A stretch of 64,000 bases of DNA from an uncultured Candidatus Saccharibacteria bacterium (GTDB lineage Bacteria > Patescibacteriota > Doudnabacteria > UBA920), in assembly GCA_964561085.1 (NCBI GenBank), contig CAZLNP010000001.1, positions 75,335 through 139,334 of the forward strand. The letters are read 5' to 3'. The notes under the pieces were generated by a model, which was not told the origin of the DNA, ran no database searches, and saw nothing but the letters and a program-made list of their open reading frames with translations. The first letter of the stretch is position 1. The number at the start of each line of letters is the position of its first letter. A program made the position numbers and the translations under genes. Shown in pieces: positions 18,696-28,419 of this stretch.

Positions 18696-20190
18696 TCTCG
18701 TAAATCTTCGTAAATGTAATCAGTCGTGCGCCGTCCTTATCGCGAGAAACTTTGATTCCGAGCGCCATCAGGTTTGTTGCGACAACTTGCAGTCTACGCC
18801 ATAGCCAATTCGGTGTTTTTGGAAATTCTCTCTGTCTTGTGTCTTGTTTTAGCTTTATTGCCAGTTCTTGAAGCACTAATAGCAAGTCAGTTGGAGTAGC
18901 TTGATAGTGCGTTTTGTTTTCCATGAATGCAATAACAACTTGCGCCACAGGAGAGTCATCAATCGCTTCAGCATTTTGTCTGATTAGGTTTTGAGTTAAC
19001 GCATCTATAAATTCTTCTGCCGTGTGTCCAATCGCAATACTGATAGCACAGCCCCACCGCACAAAATCTGCCATACGGAAGTTGCTTATTTGTTCTGGCA
19101 GTTCCATTCCCGGGTATACTTTAATGGATTTTTGTACTGCTCCAATTATTGCGCCTAAGAGCTGCGGTCGTGCTTGTTCAAACTCTGCCATTAACACACC
19201 TTCTTCTTTATAGTTTTGAGGTCTTTCTAGTTCAATAATTAGTGAACGTTCCAACAAATCAGGTTTACTAACCACAAGATTAATTCCGTTCATGGCAACG
19301 ACACGGCGGAAGCTGTAAATAATATCATCGTCATCTGAATAGAGTTCTCGCTTTGACATACCTTCGCCAGTCACGGTTCTGCATAATAGGTCTGAAAATT
19401 CAGGTTTTATAGGTGATAGATTATCAAGCGGTAAGAAATAATGATGGCTGGCTAACTGCACATACTCTCTGCTGTCGCCATGTGCGGTTAAAGTTTCCAT
19501 TATTGATGGGTCAATTAGCCCACGGAGCAGTTTGAACAAAGTAGTTTTTCTTGACCCTTGCGGTCCGTGAACAACTAATATCGGGTGCGGGAAGTTAGGC
19601 AACACAGACGCTACGAGCCATACAAGCAGTAATAATTTTTGACGTGGTTCTTTCGGAGTAGGAATGAAGTCAAATACTTTTTCTAACTCTGCTCCTGGTA
19701 TAGGTGCAACCTGCAGGCGCTGATGTCCGAATCTGTAAAACAGAATTGGTGCAGGGTCTAGTATTTTCCACTCATCTTTATTTATCAGTACCGCACGACC
19801 ATCACCTAAATCGTAAATTATACCGTTATCAGTTTCAGCAATTCTTACATGTAGCTTTATTTCTTCGCTGTCATGCGTTGCGTGTCCTTCTAGCGTTCTA
19901 ACTGCTGTTTCTATAGTGCCAGACGACACGGCCTTGCCTAATTCATCCCAACCGAGATGCGACAACCATGACTTGAATCCACGCGACCTCAGCTTTAGAG
20001 TCTTATGTCCATTCTCCTCTACAGCTATAAAGCCGTTATCAAACTGGTCATGAAATAGTTTAACGTTTCTGTTCAGTACCAGTTCAACAAGCTGTTCGGT
20101 AAGATTCTTTTCACTATCTGATTCAACTATAGATTCAGCTACAGAATCTTGGGTTTCTTTTTCTATAATTTCGTTTTCTTTGTCTGTCAT
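18610..20190 (-). CDS. P-loop ATPase, probable replicative helicase (SF3/primase-associated type)
   Basis: Walker A GPQGSRKTT, Walker B LPLDN, RELYSD, MNGI, DLLERS; ends ESDIPF. Confidence 0.8.
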   Translation of the reverse strand: MTDKENEIIEKETQDSVAESIVESDSEKNLTEQLVELVLNRNVKLFHDQFDNGFIAVEENGHKTLKLRSRGFKSWLSHLGWDELGKAVSSGTIETAVRTLEGHATHDSEEIKLHVRIAETDNGIIYDLGDGRAVLINKDEWKILDPAPILFYRFGHQRLQVAPIPGAELEKVFDFIPTPKEPRQKLLLLVWLVASVLPNFPHPILVVHGPQGSRKTTLFKLLRGLIDPSIMETLTAHGDSREYVQLASHHYFLPLDNLSPIKPEFSDLLCRTVTGEGMSKRELYSDDDDIIYSFRRVVAMNGINLVVSKPDLLERSLIIELERPQNYKEEGVLMAEFEQARPQLLGAIIGAVQKSIKVYPGMELPEQISNFRMADFVRWGCAISIAIGHTAEEFIDALTQNLIRQNAEAIDDSPVAQVVIAFMENKTHYQATPTDLLLVLQELAIKLKQDTRQREFPKTPNWLWRRLQVVATNLMALGIKVSRDKDGARLITFTKIYESGVNAVSGVMEDSDEAALDTLNESDIPF

Positions 20191-20193
20191 ATT

Positions 20194-20817
20194 TTATAGT
20201 CCTAGTAAGTACTTGACGGCTTCGGGGAAAGAATAGCCGTGAAGTAACATTATGAATTTAATTGAGTTGCCCCCTTCTTGGCAGCCGAAACACCAACAAG
20301 AATTTGTTTGTGAGTAAACTGTGAATGACGGGCGTTTGTCTTCGTGGAATGGGCATAGCCCTGTGAGATTGTTTCCACTACGCCTTAGTCTGCCGTCGTA
20401 CAAATCAGCTATTGGAATTTGAGTGGCCATTTCTATTTGCTCATCTGTCAATCGTCCTTTAGGCTTCTTGCCACTGGCGACATAAACTTGCCGTCTCAGT
20501 CTTGCTATATGCTTAATTACTTCAAGTAGTTGTAGCCCGTCAGTGTGCTTAACCAATTCTCTGCAAAACCAGTATTCAAAGTCAGTTTTTGTACTGTCAT
20601 ATAATCGTTCCAGTTTCCGCAATATTGATTTCTTGACGGCTTTCTTTACGATTTGCCATTCCTTAATCTTGCTTGGCAGTACAGACTTGATTTCAGGGAA
20701 TATCGATAACAACTCAGCATCTGTATATTTGCGCTTTGAATCCCTATGTTCAGATTCCAGTTCTTCATACATGAGCCACTGCTCATAATCTTTATCGACA
20801 TGACTAGCTTGTGTCAT
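20194..20817 (-). CDS. CHC2 zinc-finger protein (DnaG zinc-binding domain only)
   Basis: CPFHEDKRPSF...CFGC...GGNSI...SFPEAV at C-terminus; no TOPRIM domain. Confidence 0.9.
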   Translation of the reverse strand: MTQASHVDKDYEQWLMYEELESEHRDSKRKYTDAELLSIFPEIKSVLPSKIKEWQIVKKAVKKSILRKLERLYDSTKTDFEYWFCRELVKHTDGLQLLEVIKHIARLRRQVYVASGKKPKGRLTDEQIEMATQIPIADLYDGRLRRSGNNLTGLCPFHEDKRPSFTVYSQTNSCWCFGCQEGGNSIKFIMLLHGYSFPEAVKYLLGL

Positions 20818-20913
20818 CAGTATCTCCTTTCGACTGTTTACAATCGTTATCGAAAATATGAATGACAGCTTCTAAGTAATCTCCGTACTTGTCTAGCACT
20901 TCTTCTATATTCA
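20803..20913 (-). CDS. Small acidic ORF (36 aa) leading the replication operon
   Basis: Read manually: MNIEEVLDKYGDYLEAVIHIFDNDCKQSKGDTDDTS*; overlaps the CHC2 gene start. Confidence 0.4.
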
Positions 20914-21168
20914 TTTGTTTTCTTTCTGCATAAATGCAAAAAGAGCTTTCTCAAGCAGACAAACAAAACACCCGTTCGGTGATCGTTTATCAACATAAGA
21001 AAGCCCTTCTAGTTTTTACGTATATTCTAGAAGCAGGTGTCGCACCCCCTATACTCAACGGAGCGGTAGGATAGATATACCTCGCTTATCAATGCAGTAC
21101 TGTTTAAAAAGAACTCTTTACTTAATTACTAGGTAATTATAGCAGATTCAAACAACCATGTCAAAAAA

Positions 21169-21501
21169 TTATTTAATAATTTCAAAATCTCTATTGCATT
21201 TAGGGTTAGAGCAGGTGTAGAACTCCGTCAAATTCTTAGAAACAAACCGCATCCCCTGTTTTAAAAGGCCACTCTCATGAAATGGACAATGATAACTTTT
21301 TAGTTCAATTTCAGTATTTAAAGATAAGCTAATTTTCTTGTAAGCAGACTGCTCATCAAAAATTTGTACGGTGAACTCTAAACCACATTTCTCACAAACT
21401 AAATCTAACGCACTATTATCAGTAACTTTATTAAAACGCTTCCGACCCATAGGGTTGCTACATTTTATGCAATAAATTTTCTCTGCTATTTGATTACTCA
21501 T
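21169..21501 (-). CDS. Double zinc-ribbon protein
   Basis: CIKC...CEKC and CPFH...CSNPKC. Confidence 0.65.
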   Translation of the reverse strand: MSNQIAEKIYCIKCSNPMGRKRFNKVTDNSALDLVCEKCGLEFTVQIFDEQSAYKKISLSLNTEIELKSYHCPFHESGLLKQGMRFVSKNLTEFYTCSNPKCNRDFEIIK

Positions 21502-21793
21502 ATATATATTGTAGTATTAGTTAACTTCTCTAGACGTGATTTCTTACATTCGGTTAGTACCGAGTGTCCAAGACCCTAAAGCAAGTGACTATAATATAAC
21601 AAAATAACCCCTCTCAGAATAGGCATATAAATACCTATAACCAATACAAAAAGTGTTCTCTGAGGCCATTCTAGGACTTCATGGAATGCTTCAAAGTGCC
21701 TTGTTTATAGTACTTTTAGCTGTAATGGTATATAATTAACCTACAATTCTGCCTAAACCTTCAAGTAATTGAAGGCATGGCGCAATACTAAAC

Positions 21794-21919
21794 CCACTAC
21801 TACATGAAGGCGGCTATCCGTCTTGCTTACCATGTAGTAGTGGTTATCCTTCCGAAAGGTTGGATAAGGCAAGCGGGTAGCCCCTTTTGTTTTTTAAAAT
21901 AATTAAATCCACTACTACA
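21794..21919 (+). ncRNA. C4/CI-like antisense RNA region with upstream and downstream target boxes
   Basis: CCACTACTACATG (21794-21806), its complement CATGTAGTAGTGG (21831-21843) inside stem GGCTATCCG/CGGGTAGCC plus T tract, and a second CCACTACTACA (21909-21919) abutting ATG. Confidence 0.65.
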
Positions 21920-22477
21920 ATGAAAAAATGCCCATACTGCGCTGAAGAAATGCAGGACGAAGCAGTCGTTTGCAAGCACTGCAAAAAAGATATTCCCAAA
22001 CAAGACAAGCACTTACCAACGAATGTACCCAACTTTAATCCCACATTAAATAATAGAGTTTTAATTGCTATAGTAATTATTATTGCATTGTTATGCCTTT
22101 ACGCCATAATGCGAATGAAGCAAGGCAATACTTCCGTGCCGGCAACCCCGGCAGCAACTACAAATTCAATAAGCAACCAGTCGCTAGAACACAAACTGGC
22201 TTCTATACATTCTAACGACACAGCTCCACCGCAAGAACTGGTTAATCAGTTTAAAGACCAGTTATATAAACTAAGTTTAGTATGTCCGAAAAATACCGAA
22301 CAACAACTAAGCGATTATATCGTGAAAGCACATCAACTAATCACTGAAAAGCGTCCTGTATTTACACTTCTTGAAGTTAGTCAGGGATTTTATACTAGTA
22401 TTCCAAAAACAAATACCACTACAGACTGCGTTGATTACATGACAATATACATGGCTTTAGTCCTAAAAGGTTACTAA
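21920..22477 (+). CDS. Zinc-ribbon membrane protein
   Basis: [10 protein letters not shown]...CKHC zinc ribbon, one TM helix, external domain; ATG at 21920. Confidence 0.8.
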   Translation: MKKCPYCAEEMQDEAVVCKHCKKDIPKQDKHLPTNVPNFNPTLNNRVLIAIVIIIALLCLYAIMRMKQGNTSVPATPAATTNSISNQSLEHKLASIHSNDTAPPQELVNQFKDQLYKLSLVCPKNTEQQLSDYIVKAHQLITEKRPVFTLLEVSQGFYTSIPKTNTTTDCVDYMTIYMALVLKGY

Positions 22478-23064
22478 ACCACTAAAGTAGTATTTTTCTG
22501 CTGATTGTATTCAGCCAACTGTGCCTTCAAATTTTTAACCACTTTTCGTTTTTCTTCAATAGACACATTTGCGTTCAGGTTATGATTATGCGTAATTATA
22601 CTAGCTTCGCCAAACTCGGTACGCTGAATGTCACAGATTACTGAAAATGCACTAGCTATTGTAGCGAGTTCTTTGGGTGCTAGAATATTTTCACTTTTAG
22701 CATACTCGCCAATCATATCTAGTAAATTGCTAGTCATTTCAATACGCTTGTGTTTAGCTGTGGTCATCTGCTCCATAGAGGAAACCACCACGTCCGCATA
22801 GTTCTGTTTTTCGTCTTGGTATACTTGCGCCTTTTCTAGTTCTTGCTTGATTGATTTTTTAAACTTGCTCCAGTTGTGGCGGGAAGCATAAAGTTGCAAC
22901 GCACTGACGGCAATTTGATTTGCATAATCTTTATGAATGTCTATTAAGGATTCACCTTTAATGTAGCGTTCAAATATTTTAGAGTATTCTGCTTTAGGAA
23001 TTCGTGCCATAAATTTATAACTTACTATATATCTAAAATATATCAACCTCTGCAGTAAGTACAC
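22474..23064 (-). CDS. Putative terminase small-subunit-like HTH protein
   Basis: N-terminal [10 protein letters not shown]...[12 protein letters not shown] pattern, helical middle and [10 protein letters not shown] tail resemble TerS; probable start near 23010. Confidence 0.55.
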   Translation of the reverse strand: MYLLQRLIYFRYIVSYKFMARIPKAEYSKIFERYIKGESLIDIHKDYANQIAVSALQLYASRHNWSKFKKSIKQELEKAQVYQDEKQNYADVVVSSMEQMTTAKHKRIEMTSNLLDMIGEYAKSENILAPKELATIASAFSVICDIQRTEFGEASIITHNHNLNANVSIEEKRKVVKNLKAQLAEYNQQKNTTLVV

Positions 23065-23067
23065 ATC

Positions 23068-23676
23068 TTATTCTATGCCATGTTTATTCTTCCAATCCTT
23101 GAAAAGCTGCTCTGTTCGCTGATGTTGCTCATCTGTTAGTTCCCCTACAATTCCAGACTGTTCTTCTAGGTCAATATTTTTAGAAAGTGTTATATAATCT
23201 TTAACCATTTTTGCCTTAGTTTCTAAATCAAACAGACTATCACCGTTATAAGATAATTCTTTAATTCTGCCGTGGCTTAAACTATCTCTTATGCTTTTTA
23301 TTTTCCATAAGAATTTAGTATGTGCGGTTTTGCCCCTGACTTTCTCTACAAAGAAGATTCTATCGCCGAACGAAATTTCATTCGGTTTATACGCAGGGTG
23401 AGTAGGATCAACTTTCTCCATTTTCAAACCTATATTAGTTCTGATAAAATTGTCCAAATCTTCTGTTGAATTACCCAACATTTCATTAACTACATTAGCC
23501 GCTTGGGTTAAGGTGGAATTTAAATCCTGTTCAACGGTATGACAAAACCAAAAAGCAAATTCAACAGTTAATCTTTCTTCTTTTGAAATCTTAAGCATCG
23601 TATCAGGAATTAAGTTAGCAAAATCCTGACTGCTGTATTGCTTCAATAAATTTTCTAAATCAATTTCTTCAGTCAT
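23068..23676 (-). CDS. Putative HEPN-domain protein
   Basis: Helical protein with R-x4-H motif (RDSLSHG); overlaps the DUF4238 stop. Confidence 0.55.
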   Translation of the reverse strand: MTEEIDLENLLKQYSSQDFANLIPDTMLKISKEERLTVEFAFWFCHTVEQDLNSTLTQAANVVNEMLGNSTEDLDNFIRTNIGLKMEKVDPTHPAYKPNEISFGDRIFFVEKVRGKTAHTKFLWKIKSIRDSLSHGRIKELSYNGDSLFDLETKAKMVKDYITLSKNIDLEEQSGIVGELTDEQHQRTEQLFKDWKNKHGIE

Positions 23677-24547
23677 GCTTAATTTCCTTTGCTAATTTTT
23701 CTAACACTTCTTTATCATTATGGAATAGGTATCTATCACTACGTGATGCTAGTGCTAAATTGATTTCATCTACACTCTTTCCACTAATGGTCGCTATTAA
23801 ATTTTCTTCGTGATCATCTAGCATTAACAAGCATACCTTTGAAGTTATAGGAAATACCTTTATTACTCCTCTAACCAGAAACCCCATAGCGGGCGGCTTC
23901 TTCCCTTCAATAAAAGTCATTACAAACGGCGAACTTGTAGTGATAAAAGAATAATTTTCTGGAGCAAAGCAGTATCGCCATTCTAGGTGCAAAAAATTAG
24001 CTGCGAATTGCACACCTGAATTAACAACCATTTCAAGGTGCTGGTTCTTAAACTTTGTATCCGAATCAAGCAGCTCAGTTAAATTGTCATGTAGTTCCCT
24101 CGCAGAGATACCTGGTGTATCCGATGGCAAGAAATCTGGAGTCTTAACTTCATGTTTTTCCTCCGGAATATCCCATTCTTTCATAATTTCCATGAGTTGA
24201 TTCATTGAATCTCTATTCTGATTCTCATAACTAGGTACTCGCACAAATTGATAAGCAATAAATAGCGCTAATTTATCTTTTTCCAATTGTGTCGGGCGTT
24301 CTTTGTTCTCAATTTTCTCTATTATTGGTTTGATATCGCTTTCCATCTGAGCAAAGTATCTTTCAATGTCATTATTTTTCTCACCTTCATAAACCAAAGA
24401 GTAGTAATTACTAATAACCGCCACGTTTTCAAGTGACGGTGAATAGTATTTATTTTCTAACTTATCGTAGACCCAAACCTTTTCGTTATCGGCAAAACCT
24501 CTTAAATAGGTTTGAGGTACATAGTGGTGTCGTTTAGGTTCGCTCAT
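23669..24547 (-). CDS. DUF4238 domain protein
   Basis: Signature N-terminus HHYVPQTYLRGF; later FITTSSP and FPITSK motifs. Confidence 0.88.
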   Translation of the reverse strand: MSEPKRHHYVPQTYLRGFADNEKVWVYDKLENKYYSPSLENVAVISNYYSLVYEGEKNNDIERYFAQMESDIKPIIEKIENKERPTQLEKDKLALFIAYQFVRVPSYENQNRDSMNQLMEIMKEWDIPEEKHEVKTPDFLPSDTPGISARELHDNLTELLDSDTKFKNQHLEMVVNSGVQFAANFLHLEWRYCFAPENYSFITTSSPFVMTFIEGKKPPAMGFLVRGVIKVFPITSKVCLLMLDDHEENLIATISGKSVDEINLALASRSDRYLFHNDKEVLEKLAKEIKHD

Positions 24548-24548
24548 T

Positions 24549-25328
24549 TTATATTTTTATCATACGAAAAATTATAAACTCCGGTATTTTATTTAGTCTA
24601 ATATAATCTCTTTCCGAGATTTGCTTCATTCCTTCCAAAGGCTTAGGTTCTAAAAAACGCTCTACCAGAAACCCCGCATTATTTGCTTCATTAATCATCT
24701 CACTAATAGGCTTATGCCAAGTAGTAACATCGGCAAGTGCACCTAAACCGTCAGCCAACTTTCTACGGTCCATATAATTACCAATAATTTCAACGCTCTT
24801 AGGCTGCTTTTGTTTAATAATAGCCAACTGCCTAATCTGCTGGTTATCAGTATCCTCTGTAACGACCATTGCAGTTCTTACTGGATGAGCGCAGGAAAAT
24901 TGAAAATAAGAGTTAGGCTTCAGCACACGATAGGCTTCTTGAAAAACTTTAGTCCAATCTTCGATGTAATGTATTGCGAGGCTCGAATAAACAAAATCAA
25001 AACTATTATCCGGAAAAATTAATTGTTCCATGTTCATAACCTCAAACTTACAGTCAGTATAACTGGCTTCAGCAATTTTAATTAACTCAGGAGATATATC
25101 TATACCCACTGATTCATTTGCTCCTTGTTGTTTCAAGTAAATGCTATCTTCCCCACTCCCACACCCGAGACTTAGTACTCGCTTACCTTTTAAGTCAGGC
25201 AACAAGCTATACATAGCCGGCTTTTCGTAATACGCATGGTATATAGAATCATTTGGGTTGCGCACATGAGCTGTATAACCTACGGCATTATCGTTGTACC
25301 AATTTTTAGTTTTATCGTCAGTAGACAT
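24549..25328 (-). CDS. Class I SAM-dependent methyltransferase
   Basis: VLSLGCGSG, GIDIS, FDFVYSSLAIHY, RVLKP. Confidence 0.93.
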   Translation of the reverse strand: MSTDDKTKNWYNDNAVGYTAHVRNPNDSIYHAYYEKPAMYSLLPDLKGKRVLSLGCGSGEDSIYLKQQGANESVGIDISPELIKIAEASYTDCKFEVMNMEQLIFPDNSFDFVYSSLAIHYIEDWTKVFQEAYRVLKPNSYFQFSCAHPVRTAMVVTEDTDNQQIRQLAIIKQKQPKSVEIIGNYMDRRKLADGLGALADVTTWHKPISEMINEANNAGFLVERFLEPKPLEGMKQISERDYIRLNKIPEFIIFRMIKI

Positions 25329-25380
25329 ATTAATTTATTAATAATGTAGATTTAAATTATTTGTCAGTTAATTATCACTC

Positions 25381-26208
25381 TTAAAATAATTCAAACTTGG
25401 TAATTAGATCCTTTGGTATATAAAACTCTGATGAGAATCGTTTGCGAATGCTTTTTGCTTTGGACTTATTCCGTTCAATTATAAGTTTGATTTTCTTCTT
25501 TTCTGTATCGATAGACTGTAAATAAGATTCTAGCGTAGGCATGTCTGGACTTTTTTTATAGCACTCCTCTATTTCAATCGCAAATTTAGGTGAAAAACTA
25601 TTAGTAATAATGTAGTCGCCTATAATGGTCTTATAATTATTAGTGGGAAATAATTTTTTACCAGTTGCTACTTGAACAAACTCATTTTGAATAGTCCTTT
25701 TAACTGCTTTGTCCTGTTCTGAATCTGAACCGATAAGACAAAAAGCCAAAGTTTCATTGCTTTTGAAAGCAGCATAATAATCCAGTTCACTTTTTTTACG
25801 ATTTTTGCCTAAGTAAATCCATATATAATGGAAATTATAGAAAAATACTGGGTTATTTTTCTGCGACTCATGTAGCGGTAAAACCACATTTTTCCATTGC
25901 AAATCGTTGTGAGTCAATGAAGTAAGATGATATGTAATACTTTCTCCTTCTGAAAGATTAATCGTTTTGCCGGTATGCATTTGGGAGCTTACTTTCATTC
26001 GCCATTCCTCATTAAGAAAATATACCTTCCCTCTTTTTATTACAGATTCTGAAGCAACTAGCGAGCGCAAAGCTACATATACTGCTTGAATAGTATAGGT
26101 AGAAGATTCGCTTTTTAATTGTTCCATTAATTCAGTAACGGTTAGCTCAGAACTAATTAAAAGCCTAATTAGTTTATCTTCTAACGTTTCCTTTTGAGTG
26201 AATATCAT
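25381..26208 (-). CDS. Winged-helix transcriptional regulator-like protein
   Basis: N-terminal wHTH (TIQAVYVALRSL...VIKRG); divergent from methyltransferase/LOG pair. Confidence 0.65.
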   Translation of the reverse strand: MIFTQKETLEDKLIRLLISSELTVTELMEQLKSESSTYTIQAVYVALRSLVASESVIKRGKVYFLNEEWRMKVSSQMHTGKTINLSEGESITYHLTSLTHNDLQWKNVVLPLHESQKNNPVFFYNFHYIWIYLGKNRKKSELDYYAAFKSNETLAFCLIGSDSEQDKAVKRTIQNEFVQVATGKKLFPTNNYKTIIGDYIITNSFSPKFAIEIEECYKKSPDMPTLESYLQSIDTEKKKIKLIIERNKSKAKSIRKRFSSEFYIPKDLITKFELF

Positions 26209-26316
26209 GATAATAGTATAACTTAAAAGGCTCAGTTTTTAAAATATTCTTTTAAAAACCTATTATTTCACCACATTTTGGTTGAAAAGTCAATAGTTTT
26301 GAGCTATACTGCGCTC

Positions 26317-27003
26317 ATGATAAATAACGAAGTCACAACTCAATACAATAATTTCCACACTGACTACAGTATTCAACTATCCGAACAGGATGAAATTAGC
26401 AATGCTATGTTCCATAAAGCAATCGATTTTGAATTAACTGATAAAAAGCTTTTGGACATAGGCTGTGGGGATGGAAGCGCATTAAAAATGCTAAGTGGTA
26501 AAGGCGCTAGTGTCTATGGAATAGACCCCTCTACGGAATTCTTAAAAAAGGCGGAAATTAATAATCCTACTGGGATATTCAGACAGGGTGTTGGAGAAGC
26601 ACTCCCCTTTGAGGCTAATTACTTCGATGTAGTAGTCTCGAAATGGGCAATGCAAACATCTCCTGATGTGCCTGGAATATTGTCCGAAGCAGCTCGAGTT
26701 CTTAAGCCTGGTGGTATGTTCGTATTTTTAACCAAGCATCCTATTCAACAGTGGCTTGAAAAAATTAGAGATTACGGGCATGGATCTAATTACTACTCAC
26801 AGCAAATTGTTACCTCTAACATCTATGAGGGTACTATTAAGCTAAAAGAACCAACTCATACAATTGGGGAATATCTTAACGCAGACTTCTTTAAGAACTT
26901 TGAGGTTCTTGATTACAAAGAAGAGACTCAATTCCCTGCTTCTGAACAATTCAATAATGATATTTACCCCACCTTCCTTTTGATTAAGGCTCGTAAGAAA
27001 TAA
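26317..27003 (+). CDS. Class I SAM-dependent methyltransferase
   Basis: LLDIGCGDG, GIDPS, LPF..FDVV, RVLKPGG; ATG 26317 preferred over the track's TTG. Confidence 0.92.
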   Translation: MINNEVTTQYNNFHTDYSIQLSEQDEISNAMFHKAIDFELTDKKLLDIGCGDGSALKMLSGKGASVYGIDPSTEFLKKAEINNPTGIFRQGVGEALPFEANYFDVVVSKWAMQTSPDVPGILSEAARVLKPGGMFVFLTKHPIQQWLEKIRDYGHGSNYYSQQIVTSNIYEGTIKLKEPTHTIGEYLNADFFKNFEVLDYKEETQFPASEQFNNDIYPTFLLIKARKK

Positions 27004-27007
27004 TCAC

Positions 27008-27541
27008 ATGAAAATTGCAATATTTAGTTCGTGGCTTCCAGAAGTCAATGAGTATAACCAAAAACTTGCGATACAAATTGCTGAATATTTAGCCGATAAA
27101 GATATCACGGTTGTCACTGGTGGATGTAGCGGTATTCCCGCAGCAGTCGTTGAAGCAGCGCACAATAAAGGAGTAAAAACTATCGGATACTTCCCACATA
27201 AAAGTAAGGAAGAATACCATGACCGCCAGCACGAAAAAAATATTCATGCTTTAGACTATTATTCAACTGCTCATTTTATTTCCGGTTTTACAGCTCGTAG
27301 CTTAGAAATGATCAAAAATGTAGATGCGGCTATAGTCTTGAACGGTAGGATTGGCACCCTATCAGAATTTGGAATTGCAATCGAGGAAGGTTTACCATTA
27401 GCAGTGATTGAGGGCACTGGCGGTATTACTGATGAATTACGAAATCTTGTAAAAGTAGCTCAAAAAGAATTCCCTAATAACGAGGTAATATTCGAACAAG
27501 ACTACAAAAAAGCTATTGATATGCTAATATCAAACCATTAA
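27008..27541 (+). CDS. LOG/SLOG family nucleotide-binding protein
   Basis: VVTGGCSG, GRIGTLSE, GTGG motifs. Confidence 0.88.
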   Translation: MKIAIFSSWLPEVNEYNQKLAIQIAEYLADKDITVVTGGCSGIPAAVVEAAHNKGVKTIGYFPHKSKEEYHDRQHEKNIHALDYYSTAHFISGFTARSLEMIKNVDAAIVLNGRIGTLSEFGIAIEEGLPLAVIEGTGGITDELRNLVKVAQKEFPNNEVIFEQDYKKAIDMLISNH

Positions 27542-27557
27542 TACAAAACGGTCCAAT

Positions 27558-28241
27558 TCAGGACCGTTTTTGTTTTGATTCAAAAATTTCAGTTAACTCT
27601 GCCAAAGAAGATATAAACTTGTCTGGCTCCGCACTATCCGGAATAGGAATGATTTCACGTTTATACAATATCGTGCTCAAGCCTAACAATTTGGCTTGAA
27701 GTAATCCCCTATACCAATTATCATCTATTAAAACGCTTTCAGATGGCAATGCACCCGAATCTTTCAATATTTCTAAATAAAAATTCGGGTCGGGTTTTTG
27801 CAGTCCAATGTGTCCTGACATTTTTTGATGGGAAAAATATTGCAACAAACCAGCATCTTCTAATACATTACCAGCTTTAACATTTTGGTTGGCCATAATT
27901 CCCAAGTTAAAAGATTTGCTCAATCCTGAAAGCACCTCCATCGCTTCAGGACGAACTTTCGATAAACCATAATAATCTACATTACATTCGTTGTTGTATA
28001 CTAACTCAGCTTCTTCTTTAAGTTTAGAGTCCTTAAATAGATAATGTAAGGCATTAATCCTAACGCTCCCAGGTTGCTGAGATGCAAACAGCCAAGCTTC
28101 GTAGATATTTGCCATAGTTATATTAGGCAAATACCGCTGTGCTACATTGAACAAAATTTCTTGTCGTAATGTCTCTGGCTTCGTATCATCTAGGATAACG
28201 CCTCCCATATCAAAGAATAGCCATTTGATGTTTTCTTTCAT
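27558..28241 (-). CDS. HAD-family hydrolase
   Basis: FFDMGGV, KPDP, IDD motifs. Confidence 0.9.
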   Translation of the reverse strand: MKENIKWLFFDMGGVILDDTKPETLRQEILFNVAQRYLPNITMANIYEAWLFASQQPGSVRINALHYLFKDSKLKEEAELVYNNECNVDYYGLSKVRPEAMEVLSGLSKSFNLGIMANQNVKAGNVLEDAGLLQYFSHQKMSGHIGLQKPDPNFYLEILKDSGALPSESVLIDDNWYRGLLQAKLLGLSTILYKREIIPIPDSAEPDKFISSLAELTEIFESKQKRS

Positions 28242-28419
28242 GCAATTAGTATACCATCTTCAATTAAAGGTATGACACCAGAGACACCATTTTTGTCATA
28301 ATATATATTCTATTAACCAATCCACATGGAATCACCAGAGGTCATCGTGGTAACTCTAGGATAATCTTAGAACTCACCACTATGATTGAGTTTTGGATTT
28401 TACCGAAAAGTTTTGAAAA

